Source of the DNA: a virus
Virus record (IMG/VR): IMGVR_UViG_3300026097_000009
Coordinates: 32,001 to 96,000 of that record
Length of the DNA stretch: 64,000 nt
Reading direction: 5' to 3' (one strand)
Positions 19,897 through 30,400 of the stretch are shown here, in pieces. How positions within the stretch are numbered: position 1 is the stretch's first letter; the number at the start of each line of letters is the position of its first letter. Position numbers and translations under genes: made by a program. A model generated the notes under the pieces. The model did not search any database. It was given only the letters and a program-made list of their open reading frames with translations, and had not been told where the DNA came from.

Positions 19897-20562
19897 TTAA
19901 TCTTCTGCGTATTGATAAATGTCAGGATCTGCTTTGAAGTTGATTTTCCAATGCGGAACTGTCTTGGACATTTCCTTAGCACTTCCTGCCCATGCAAGCC
20001 ATTCATTGATTTCTTCAATTAGAGCGTCATCAAACTTATTTTGATTCTTTTCTTTAATTTTAGAAATCTGCTTGATCTTGCGATCTAAATTTTCATGAAA
20101 TTCTGATTCGCTCATATGATAATTAGCAAATGGTGGACGCATATAAGTCTGCGATCCTTTATCATAATACAAGAAACCATCATGAATATGGCCTAATACG
20201 CCTGTTTCATCTGGATAATCGTATACGAATGTATCGCCGTTTGGCAATTTTTCTTCGTAGTTTTCGATATCACCGTGACTGTATGTGTTTGTTAACCAGG
20301 CCGCTTCCCAGGTATGTGTTTCAGCATCTAAAATAATTTGATAATGATCCACTAAGTTTGTTTTCTTCATACTTTCTAGTTGTGCAACACCATTAGCATC
20401 GTCGGAAGAAAAATCTACGCACCAAACTCTGTGATTTTCATCGCTGGCTATTCTAAGAAGAAGATATCTCGGACCATTATACATCGCCTGATATCCTTTG
20501 CCTTCATTGGTTGTTTTTCCGTACGGTACATCAGGTACTGGAATAAAAAATTCTTTTATCAT
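19897..20562 (-). CDS. Hypothetical protein, possible tail-fibre assembly chaperone
   Basis: Directly follows the three Cys-rich genes; C-terminal EWLAW...VPHWKINFKADP loosely resembles Tfa-type chaperone tails. Confidence 0.45.
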   Translation of the reverse strand: MIKEFFIPVPDVPYGKTTNEGKGYQAMYNGPRYLLLRIASDENHRVWCVDFSSDDANGVAQLESMKKTNLVDHYQIILDAETHTWEAAWLTNTYSHGDIENYEEKLPNGDTFVYDYPDETGVLGHIHDGFLYYDKGSQTYMRPPFANYHMSESEFHENLDRKIKQISKIKEKNQNKFDDALIEEINEWLAWAGSAKEMSKTVPHWKINFKADPDIYQYAED

Positions 20563-21581
20563 CTTGTTCTATCCTTATAAAATGTTATTCTAACTGCGCC
20601 TAAGCCGCCTCTTGCACCTGTGCTACGTGAGTTATCGCATGGTGCTGCCGGAAATCCGCCGACACCGTAAGGCATAATGTTAATACAACCTAACATCTGG
20701 TTATTACCGCAAGCTTTAACACTGTTCCAACAGCTAAATTTAGCAGGTGTTCCTCTAGTCGGCGAACGAGCGGCCGCGTTCAACGAATTTGTAAACTGTG
20801 TAAAAAAGTTTCCGGTCCAATGTTGGAAATCGTTATTGTTTTCACCAGAGAATGTAACAACAGCACCTTCTTCTGCAAAAATTCCAGGTGGAATAGCAAT
20901 ATGATGATGGTGCTGACAAACACAGTCTGGCAAGCATCCTCTAAACGAAGAACAACTGAAGCCGCCACGACAGTTGACATCTCCTCCGTATGCTTCTGCA
21001 CAGCAACCTACAATTTCTCTGTTGCCGTCGCCTACGATTCCTTCACCGTAATTGCATATCAGTCCGCAACATGTACAGCATGATGTTCCACAATGGCCGC
21101 ATTTAATGAAGCAACAATACGGAGAGCCGCCGTCCATACAATATGACACGCCGCCGCGTCCACCTTGAGCACACATACATCCATCTTCGCCTGCACCTGC
21201 TCTGGTTCTTCCAAACCAACATAACTGCGTAGGCTCTGAACAACCTCTGAAGCACAATGCATCGGCATTGCTACAGCTACGTCCTAAAACACCGCAAACA
21301 ACACAGCCGCTTATAACACAGATACATCTCTTTGAGTATGCGCCTGGATTACCCGGAAGACCAGTACCGCAACAACATTGCATTGCACCAGAGCCGCCAG
21401 CTCCCCACATTTCAATTTTTGCTACACCGGTGTCTGGAGCTTCCCAGCAAAAGAAATTCCCTGCTGATGGTGAATACATGTTACCATCTGCGAATGCATA
21501 GATTCTGCCTTCATCGAGATTAGATTCGTTGAGTTCGAGTTGGTCTGTTCTTGCTTTTAATAAATCACTTAAATTCGCCAT
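20559..21581 (-). CDS. Cys/Gly-rich fibre-tip-like protein, paralogue 3
   Basis: About 35 Cys in 340 aa; EMWGAGGSG..CCC..G.PGNPGAY and terminal G.RGG.GAVRI typical of Gly-rich phage fibre domains. Confidence 0.7.
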   Translation of the reverse strand: MANLSDLLKARTDQLELNESNLDEGRIYAFADGNMYSPSAGNFFCWEAPDTGVAKIEMWGAGGSGAMQCCCGTGLPGNPGAYSKRCICVISGCVVCGVLGRSCSNADALCFRGCSEPTQLCWFGRTRAGAGEDGCMCAQGGRGGVSYCMDGGSPYCCFIKCGHCGTSCCTCCGLICNYGEGIVGDGNREIVGCCAEAYGGDVNCRGGFSCSSFRGCLPDCVCQHHHHIAIPPGIFAEEGAVVTFSGENNNDFQHWTGNFFTQFTNSLNAAARSPTRGTPAKFSCWNSVKACGNNQMLGCINIMPYGVGGFPAAPCDNSRSTGARGGLGAVRITFYKDRTR

Positions 21582-21590
21582 TTTGTTTCC

Positions 21591-22682
21591 TTAACTATAC
21601 GCACAGTATGAATTAGTGCCTATATACTTAATTCTAACAGCACCTTGACCGCCACGGCCGCCGTGGTCTCTAACGTTCGGACATGGCTGAGCTGGGAATC
21701 CCGGAACCCCATAAGGTACATACGGAATACAGCCTTCAGCTTCATAACATCCACAAGCCCTGCTGTGTCCCCAGCATTCATTATAAATGTGTCCGCTTGG
21801 TTGTCTACTCATATCGTCCAATGCATTGTTGTGTGGTACTAATGCACCGCCTGAATGCCCGCCTTCTCGGCTGTCGCTTTGTGGAGTATAAGAAAACACA
21901 ACACCTTCGTCACTAAACACACCTGCTGAAGTTGCAACATGGTGCTGGAAGTGACAAACACAACGTCCCTTACATCCATAAAATGATGTACAACTGAAAT
22001 GTCCTGTGCAGTTCACGTCTCCGCCATATGCACATGCACAATCTGAGCCTCGACAAATGTTACAGACTAATACACACCCTTGAGAAGCTCCGAGAGGTGT
22101 CAGACAAAGTCCTCTGCCACCATAACAACACTGTATTGTGTAATCATTTTGACAGATTGTGATACCGGCTCTGCCACCCTTTGCACATATACAGCCAGCA
22201 GTTGCACCAACTTCACAACATAGTCCGAAACTTGGGTCGTAATCGTGTCTGCACATTGGACCGTAACCTACATTTTTACCACAATTCATGGGTCTATTAC
22301 CTAGTGCGTGAGGCGCACACCCTGTCCAACAAATACAGGTAGCTTCTGAACAACCTCTAAAACATCTGTTATCTGCATTACCGCAACTTTTTCCAATGAT
22401 ACCGAATACTACATTATCCGGACAAACGCATAAACATTTTTTAACATATGCGCCTGGATTTCCTGGCATGCCCATTGCACAACAACACATACGAGATCCA
22501 GACCCTGAAGCTCCCCATGTTTCTAAAACTATGCATCCGGTTCCTGGTGGTCGCCAGCAAATACCGCACTGAAATCTCGTGTATTCATTACCTTCGGCCC
22601 AAACAAAGATTCTTCCTCGTTCAAGATTTTGTTCACGAACAAGATTTCTTTCACCTAATAATTGAGTTAATCTATTAGCCAT
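21591..22682 (-). CDS. Cys/Gly-rich fibre-tip-like protein, paralogue 2 (start revised to 22682)
   Basis: About 41 Cys in 363 aa; ETWGASGSGSRMCCC, AYGGDVNC, VRDHGGRGGQGAVRI. Confidence 0.7.
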   Translation of the reverse strand: MANRLTQLLGERNLVREQNLERGRIFVWAEGNEYTRFQCGICWRPPGTGCIVLETWGASGSGSRMCCCAMGMPGNPGAYVKKCLCVCPDNVVFGIIGKSCGNADNRCFRGCSEATCICWTGCAPHALGNRPMNCGKNVGYGPMCRHDYDPSFGLCCEVGATAGCICAKGGRAGITICQNDYTIQCCYGGRGLCLTPLGASQGCVLVCNICRGSDCACAYGGDVNCTGHFSCTSFYGCKGRCVCHFQHHVATSAGVFSDEGVVFSYTPQSDSREGGHSGGALVPHNNALDDMSRQPSGHIYNECWGHSRACGCYEAEGCIPYVPYGVPGFPAQPCPNVRDHGGRGGQGAVRIKYIGTNSYCAYS

Positions 22683-22692
22683 TCTATAATTC

Positions 22693-23724
22693 CTATGTTT
22701 GTCCGTTACCAATTTGTCCGAGAATTGCACAATTCAAACCGTACATGTTCTCGCCACAATATGTCAATCTAATCAATCCAGGGCCACCACGTCCGCCGTG
22801 ATCTCGCACTCCCGGACATGGCTGAGGTGGTCTGCCGCCGATTCCATAACTGTTATACATTACACAACCGAACGATTCATAACATCCGCAGTGTCTTGAA
22901 GAGTCATAACACTGAACATACGGTGAACCTATGGTTGGACTCGTGCTCGCAACATTTTGTGAATAGTGTATTTGATTCTGGCCTCCGCCACTCCAGTTTT
23001 GGAATCCGTTGTTTTCTTCGTGCGGTATAGTTAAATGTGTTCCTGATTTTCCGTAGATATTCGCGGCAACAGCAACATGACTAACTTGGCAGCAAATATT
23101 ATTCGCTTCGCATCCTCTAAAGCTTACACAACTAGGACATCCGCAACAGCCGACATCGCCTCCTAGTCCGCAAGGAACATGCATTCCTGCACACATATTA
23201 CACACAATCGCACAATTATCATTGTCTAATCTTGTGTGACAAAAACCTGCGTTTGCATAACAACAATATGCTGAATTTCCTGACGTTGCACAGAATGCAA
23301 TACCTGCTTTTCCGCCTTGAGCGCACATCCATCCTGCTTCGTAACCACAGCGATCTCGACCACACCAGCATAGCACGGTAGGTATACTACAACCACTGTC
23401 ACACAATTCATGTGCTCTACAAGCCATTCCTGGACAACCGCAAATAAAGTCTCCGCAGTCTACACAGATTTGCTTTCTTACATATCCGGGTGCGTTTCCA
23501 GGTAAGCCGAAACCACAACAGCACATACGAGATCCGCTTCCTGCCGCTCCCCACATTTCAATAACTAAAGTTCCACGTCCGGGGGCTGGCCAGCAAAATC
23601 TCATATCAGAACGAATACACGCTTCGTTAAGTTCTGGCGCAATTGTGAAAACTCTATTTCTTTCTAGATTAGATTCGTTTCCGTACAATTGTCTTGTTGC
23701 CAATAAATCCGATAGAGATGACAT
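22693..23724 (-). CDS. Cys/Gly-rich fibre-tip-like protein, paralogue 1
   Basis: About 38 Cys in 343 aa; EMWGAAGSGSRMCCC, GGDVGC, VRDHGGRGGPGLIRL. Confidence 0.7.
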   Translation of the reverse strand: MSSLSDLLATRQLYGNESNLERNRVFTIAPELNEACIRSDMRFCWPAPGRGTLVIEMWGAAGSGSRMCCCGFGLPGNAPGYVRKQICVDCGDFICGCPGMACRAHELCDSGCSIPTVLCWCGRDRCGYEAGWMCAQGGKAGIAFCATSGNSAYCCYANAGFCHTRLDNDNCAIVCNMCAGMHVPCGLGGDVGCCGCPSCVSFRGCEANNICCQVSHVAVAANIYGKSGTHLTIPHEENNGFQNWSGGGQNQIHYSQNVASTSPTIGSPYVQCYDSSRHCGCYESFGCVMYNSYGIGGRPPQPCPGVRDHGGRGGPGLIRLTYCGENMYGLNCAILGQIGNGQT

Positions 23725-23742
23725 AATTTTTCCTATTAAATC

Positions 23743-24069
23743 TTATAAACCGCTGAATACCCAACCGTATGTAGCACCAGAATAAACAAACGTTATTGCC
23801 GCATTGTCTAGATTCAAAATTAAATCTTCTGAATAATTTTGAATTTTTTCACTGTTTCTACCTACTGTAACATTGTTGACACTAAACTGTCCTGCAACAT
23901 CAATTATTTGTAGTGTATCGCCTACAGTAGGTGACACAGGTAAATTAATTGTGAATGCAGAAGAAGAAGTGTCTGCAAAAATTCTTTCATTTGCAGATGC
24001 ATCATATGCACTTGTTACAGTTACGTTGTTAGCTCCTGATGTACCAAATGTTGCTACTGATCTTCCCAT
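23743..24069 (-). CDS. Stand-alone tail-fibre domain (T4 gp34 N-terminal-repeat-like)
   Basis: DTSSSAFTINLP.SP.VGD...I.D..G.F..NN.TV.RN..KI.....DL.L......I.FVY.....GW is a common phage fibre module. Confidence 0.65.
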   Translation of the reverse strand: MGRSVATFGTSGANNVTVTSAYDASANERIFADTSSSAFTINLPVSPTVGDTLQIIDVAGQFSVNNVTVGRNSEKIQNYSEDLILNLDNAAITFVYSGATYGWVFSGL

Positions 24070-24083
24070 TATTATTTCCTTTG

Positions 24084-24404
24084 TTAAACTGTTGAAGTCT
24101 CGATTCCAAACGCCGATGCCGAAACATTGGCTGCCGAGGAACGAACTATAATTCTATCGCCTGCACTAAGCATAATGCCTGTACGTTCTAACACACCGTA
24201 AGCTTCTATTTCTACATCGTATTCAATAAATTCCGATAAAGCCGGTGTGTCTGACTCCGCTAACGCAATTCTTACCTTTGTAGGATAACTGTTTCTGTTA
24301 CACAGGTTTATGCTGGCCATCGTGAAAATACTCGGCGGTGTTTGGTATACCGTAGTATTTGTTGAAGCATTTAATGCTGCCTGTCCTAAAAGTCCTGTTG
24401 CCAT
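24084..24404 (-). CDS. Small beta-sandwich virion adaptor, paralogue A
   Basis: TTVY..P...INLCN....V.I....IEYD..I.....LE..GI.L..GD.I.V; similar to 39385 and 42487. Confidence 0.6.
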   Translation of the reverse strand: MATGLLGQAALNASTNTTVYQTPPSIFTMASINLCNRNSYPTKVRIALAESDTPALSEFIEYDVEIEAYGVLERTGIMLSAGDRIIVRSSAANVSASAFGIETSTV

Positions 24405-24411
24405 ATTTTAA

Positions 24412-27400
24412 TTATCCTCCTAACAAGAAGTAGTTTAATGTTACTGCATCGCCGTCGATGCCACCTACGAAGTTCATCTTAGTATTTATAAAGATTTGCG
24501 TTTCTGTAGTCGTAGTAATTTCTTGCCCAGCAATGAATATAACACCTGCCGTTAGCGTATTTACGTTCAAACTGGAGCCACCGCCACCGATTTGGCTTGT
24601 AATATATGCTTTAATAGCTCGCTGTGTTGGAATAACGCTGTCTGAATCTGCTGTAAAGAACGGATCTGTACTAAATTCAGTGACTGTTGCGCCTGAGCCG
24701 CCTAGTGCTACTGATCCCAAACTTAATTCATTCAGTCCTGCAATATTAAATGCATCAGCATTCAATGTTGCAACACCGGTTGACTGTTCAACGTTAAACA
24801 ATCCGCCAACTCGGAAGTTACCGTCTTGGTCCGTACTTGTGAAGAACACACGACCTCCGCCTGAATCAACCGTTTCGTTTGCAGGAATTGGATCTTGCAA
24901 AGGCAATCCTGGATAGTTTGTCTGTGTTTGGTTACCAGTACCTATATCTAAGAAATCGTGACCTGTTAAACGTACCTGCGAATAGCGTCTTCTAAATGTA
25001 GTCGAAGTCTCGTGTTCAGGTGCTTCTGCTACTCCAACTTCAGGAGATACCTGAATTGTTGCAGTATAAGGTGCCGAGGTTCCTACTAGATTTCTAATAG
25101 TTACTACTCGATAATAGATATCGTCAATTCCGCCTATTCTTAAATTCGAACCTTCTAACGGCACATTTGTTAAATTCTTAACATCAATAAATGTACCTGT
25201 CTGATAGTTATCAGCAAATCCGTCTCCAGTAATTACAGCTGACGCCGCAGAATAGTTAGCTCCTCTATTAGTAAACGTAGGCTGTGCTAATACGCCATTA
25301 CCTATTCTAACAGTATGAGTTGCATCGGCTCCAATGTTGTTTGGATCTGTAATTGTCATAGTCGGAACTGTTGTATAATTACTTCCTGGTTCATGAATCT
25401 TAATTTGTGTTATAAGTTCGTCTGAAACAGATGCTCTTGCTCTAGGTGTCGCGCCAGCAAAGAACTGTACTGCATTTCTTCCGCCTGCACTTAGCGCAAT
25501 AAATCCGCTATTGCTGTAAGGCCCGCCAAATGCTACGGCACTCCATAGTTTTCCAACAGTAGCGAACATTGAACCGGTGCCATCTGTTAACTGAATCGGT
25601 GTGCCACCTTGTGTTGCACTCACAGTAAATGTAGTTGAACTAGGAATACTTTCGATAAACAATCTTGTATCAGTATCTAATCCACCGAACAATTCAGTTC
25701 CTGCAGAATCATTTGGAATAAAGATTGTATCACCGACACTTAATTCTGCAGTGCTGTCAACTGTTAACAGATTTGTATTTGCTTCATAACCCAACACATT
25801 AGCTGTGTTTGTGTTAAATGCAACTGTTACAAATTCGTTATCTACATCGTTGCCGACAATATCTATCCAATTTGCTGTGCTCTGTGTAGTATCAGCTGTC
25901 CAAGTAATACCGTCTTCGCTGATTAATGCATCATTGCTGTTGTATGAAACCGCAACAAACACTCCTCCTGCATAAGATACAGCATTCCAGTTACCGCTTG
26001 GTACAGTTACGCTTGACCACGTTTCGCCACCGTCTGTCGAATATGCAAAGTTTGTAGAAGCTTGGCTAGAATTTCCAGCTACCGCTACAAATTTGCCGTT
26101 ACCGTATGCAACACTACTCCAGTAATCGCTGGCTGGTAGTGTGCTTGCTGTCCAAGATGCGCCGTCATTTGTGCTGTATGCTCCTGCGGTGCTTGCGGAT
26201 GATACTCCTGAAACTGCTACAAATGCACCGTCACCGTATGCAATGCTGGTCCAATCAGCAAATGCAGGTAAGGTGCTTGCAGTCCATGAAGTTCCATTGG
26301 TTGAAAATTCTGAAGTGTTTGTACCTATTTGAACAACTACAAATGTTCCGTTTCCGAAAGCAATATCTGACCAATCTCTGGTGTTATTTAAAACATTCGA
26401 GTTAAACGTCCATGTAACACCATCACTAGAAGTTGCAACATCGTTACTACTGAAATACGGTATTACATAAGTTCCGTTGCCGTAAGCAATAGCTCTTGCA
26501 TCGTCAGAACCTGTAGGAATAGTCCTATTAGTCCAGGTTTTCCCGTCAGGTGAAGTAGCTACTGCAATACTGTTTCCTGCTACAGCAACATATTGATCGT
26601 CAGTTGTACTATAAGTCACCGCGCTCCAGTCTGAAGTCGACGGCAATGTACCTACCTGCCAATCTACAACAGTATCTTTAGATGTTTGCAAGATATCAAT
26701 TTCTTTAACAGTAGCATTTCTCTCTGTCCAAGTTAAACCATCTTGAGACGTAGCGGCTACTTCACTTTCAGCTAACGCTAAGAATACACCGTTGCCGTAT
26801 GCAATTTTTCTCCAATCATCACTGCTTGTAATAGCACTTAGATCTTTTCCTAAGTCTGCCCAGGTTTCTCCGTCGTTACTTACAGCAATTGCTCCATTTT
26901 TATCAGCAATCGCAACAAATATGTTGTTACCGAATGCTAAATCCTGCCAGTTTGAATCTGAACTATCGTTGTTTGCAGGTAATGTAGAAGCAGTCCAGCT
27001 TACACCGTTTGTGCTGTAAGCGGCTTCTGCACTGAAGTTGCCTTCGATTACTACAAATTTACCTAAGCCAAATTCAATTGCTTTTGCACCGCTCGGTAGC
27101 GAACCAGTGTTCCATGTAGTTCCTGCATTTGCGGATACAGCCCTTAGTGTGCTAGAAGAATCACTTTCTGCTATTGCAACTACCAAGTTATTTCCGATAG
27201 CTAAGTCAACCCAATCAGCGGCTTCTCCTAATGATCCGCCAGCAGTCCAATTAACTCCATCTAAACTGTATGCAGTATCTGTACTTTGCTTGGCTACTGC
27301 TACATAGTAACCGATACCACTAACTACACCGTAGGTTACAGCACTCCATTGAACACTTGAAGGCATTCCTGCAATTTCCCAGGTAATACCGTCTTCACTC

Positions 27401-30400
27401 TGAGCGGCAACATCAAGTGTAGAGTCTCCTACACCACCTACAGCTACCCATCTTGCAGAGATTGCAGTACCTGTGGATGTAATTGCATTAATTGCCCCAC
27501 TTTCTGTAACTTCTGTTACAGTGATTGTAAGATTATTAACACCTGTAGTTCCGCCTAGTACACTACCGTTAATTGTGATAGTGTCATTCACTTCGTACAA
27601 TGTACCAGATGCACCTATGTCTACTGTGTACACTCCGTTTACTCGGGTTATGTTAAAGGTTGCTAACGTTCCAGATGCACTTGTGGTGCTCGAAGGACTC
27701 ACTAATGAATAGCTTCCTTCTCCGTTACCGTATGCTACGCCTGTCCAATTAAATCCGTTTGGCAGACTTCTGGTAGTTTTACTATATGGAGGAGTAGTAA
27801 ACGTAATCCTAGGTGTAATCTCGTACTGAGATGTAATATCCGGATCCACAATAGTTGTTCCTGGCTTAAGATGATCCCATCCTTGTGCGCCATCGCTTTC
27901 TTTGTATACTGTTGCGGCTTTGCTTCCAGCATTATATGACTGAATATAACCGTATTGTCCTGCACCCGTTCCTGTTACAATGTAGATACTCATTCCGACA
28001 TATGCCGCACTAGACTGAGTATCTGTTGCCGCAAGTGTTATTGTTCCGCCTGCTGTGCCACCTTGTGCGGCATTAGCCGCTGTGAGATATCCTTCGCCTC
28101 CAGTTCCGCTAGAATCACCCGGATCTGTTAAGCGTACCTGATAAACACCCCCATTTCGTGTTTCATCTCCAACAACTGCGGCTGAACTTCCTGCGCCACT
28201 AATACTAAAATCAGCAGTTGTATATTGCTCACCAGCATTTCCAAATTCAAATGCTAATACTTCATCGCCGTCGGTAATAACGTTGACAACATTTGCATCG
28301 TTGCCTCGGTTGTTAATTTCTCCAGTGATTTCTGTTTCTGTAATATCTACACCTTCAGATACTGATCCAAAATCACCATAAGAATTGTTACCATTTGTAG
28401 CACGAATCTGTCCACCGTTTTCTGCAAGATATCCAATGTGTGCATAATATGAGAACACTGATACAAGTTCTGCTCTACCTAAGTTAGTAATCCAAGCGCC
28501 GATGCCGTCTGAAATTACCTGTGTAAAGTCGTTTGATACAATAGAATCATTACCGCCATTATGTATCGAACCGTCAATCTTTTGTCCAGTTGCTCCGATA
28601 CCGAATGTTGTTACGTTCTGTACATAGGTTGATTTATTAGTAACCCAGGCAGTTTCGTCGTTTGGTCCCCAACCCGGATCCAGTGATACATATGCGCCTG
28701 CACGTGGACGTTGTGTTCCGTATTCATTCGCATCTGTTAGTGCCGATTGCTGTCCGGTTGTGTTACCGTCCGAACTACCATCTAATCCAAGAACAGTTTG
28801 ATTGCGTAAACCGCAACCGTTTCTAACATAATACATATCTTCTAGTTTAGAACCAGTTAACGCATTTCTGTAATATCTTGCGGCATAATGCGACTTGTAA
28901 TTACCTGTGTAAATCATATCGTAAGCAATTGCTTCAATGTAATTTCTTACATCGTTTTCGCATCTCGCAGTTTCATAATAATAAGAAACTGTCATAGAGC
29001 CGGTTCCGTCTGCTAATGCAAATACCGAACCGTCGAGCTCTTCGCTAATAGTAAACTGTGTGCCGCTTACTACTTCTTTAACAAAATATGTAGTATCTGA
29101 TACAACATTTCCAAACACAGTGCCAGAGAATCTTATAGTGTCTCCTGCAACCATCCAACTTGTGTCAGATATAGTAAATCTATCTGTAGATGCTGTGGTT
29201 GCTGTTACAGTATCTGTGTAAGTGTCATTAATATATGCAGTAGCTTCGGCTGCAAAGAAATCTTTGTTTAACAAAAGAATATTTGCACCATTAATTAAAT
29301 CTAAATCTTCCACAGGAGTGTTAGTACCAACAACTATCGGTTTTGTTCCAGTATTAACATATGCAATGATTTCATCCCACAACTCTTGTGCGGTTACTAC
29401 TGCGCCGGATGCCACAATATACGTTGCTTTCTTTTTAATGAAATCAATTGTTAATGACGTTGCAGTAAGTTGATCATTTATAACTTTGTTAGTGCTCACT
29501 GTTCCTTGTCTGTATGCTAACCCTGCCTGTATGCTTGCAAAGTTAGAATTAAACATTAAGTCATATCCTAATGCTTCTACGTGATAACCGTAATCTCTAC
29601 CACATTTATCTTCGTCAAACAATAACGTTGGAATTTCTCTCTTGATATGCTGTATTCCGTCTGTTTGAATAGTAGTTTTTGCGTCTTCTAAAAGTGTTCT
29701 AGCTGTAACTAAGTCTGTGCTTACCCAAGAAGTTCCAGGTTCTACAACAGTCGGTAATGTTCCGTCGTTGTTAATTACGTCTATTAATAGTTGAATATTA
29801 TCTTCTACCAGTGTTACTGAAGCTGCCGATCCAGCAGTACCAGACTTATCTTGGGTTTCTCCGTTTCCGCTAGACTTAGAGACATCATTTTCTTGCACAA
29901 TATCACTAACTACGCTTTTTAATCTAGCCCACCAAGCAAGTGTTTCTGCTTCGCGATCAGCAATTTTAATTAGATCTCCGTCGTAGCTGAAGAATCTATC
30001 AGCATTTCTAACAGACTGATAATTTCCGCCATAAGTTAGCTCGTATTTTAGAATGTCTAAAATATCGGTAATTTCGGCCGTAATTGTCTCTTCATTGTAT
30101 GTAAAACTAGAAGTAAACGGTGCGGTTTCTGCTGTAACCTGATCATCAATCCACGCAACTATTTCTTCTGTTATAAATGTTCTGTTTGCATCTAGTTGAT
30201 CTCTTGCATCGCCATATCCTGTTAGGTATCCAACATTATACCCAGTCGGGTCTGTGAATACAAAAGCATCTGCCGCTCCTTCACCGTTTTCTAAAATATC
30301 TTTTATTTCGTCGGCATTATTTTCTAATCTAGTTATCGCAGTTGAACTACCAGTATTACCGGCTTTTTGACTGCTTGTATCTTGAGTTACTGTATTTCCT

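Noticed and set aside
20559-23724. Diversity-generating retroelement or RiPP precursor array explaining the Cys-rich paralogues
   Set aside because: No reverse transcriptase or near-identical TR/VR pair was seen. The proteins are ~340 aa with a fibre-type scaffold, and there is no peptidase or transporter.
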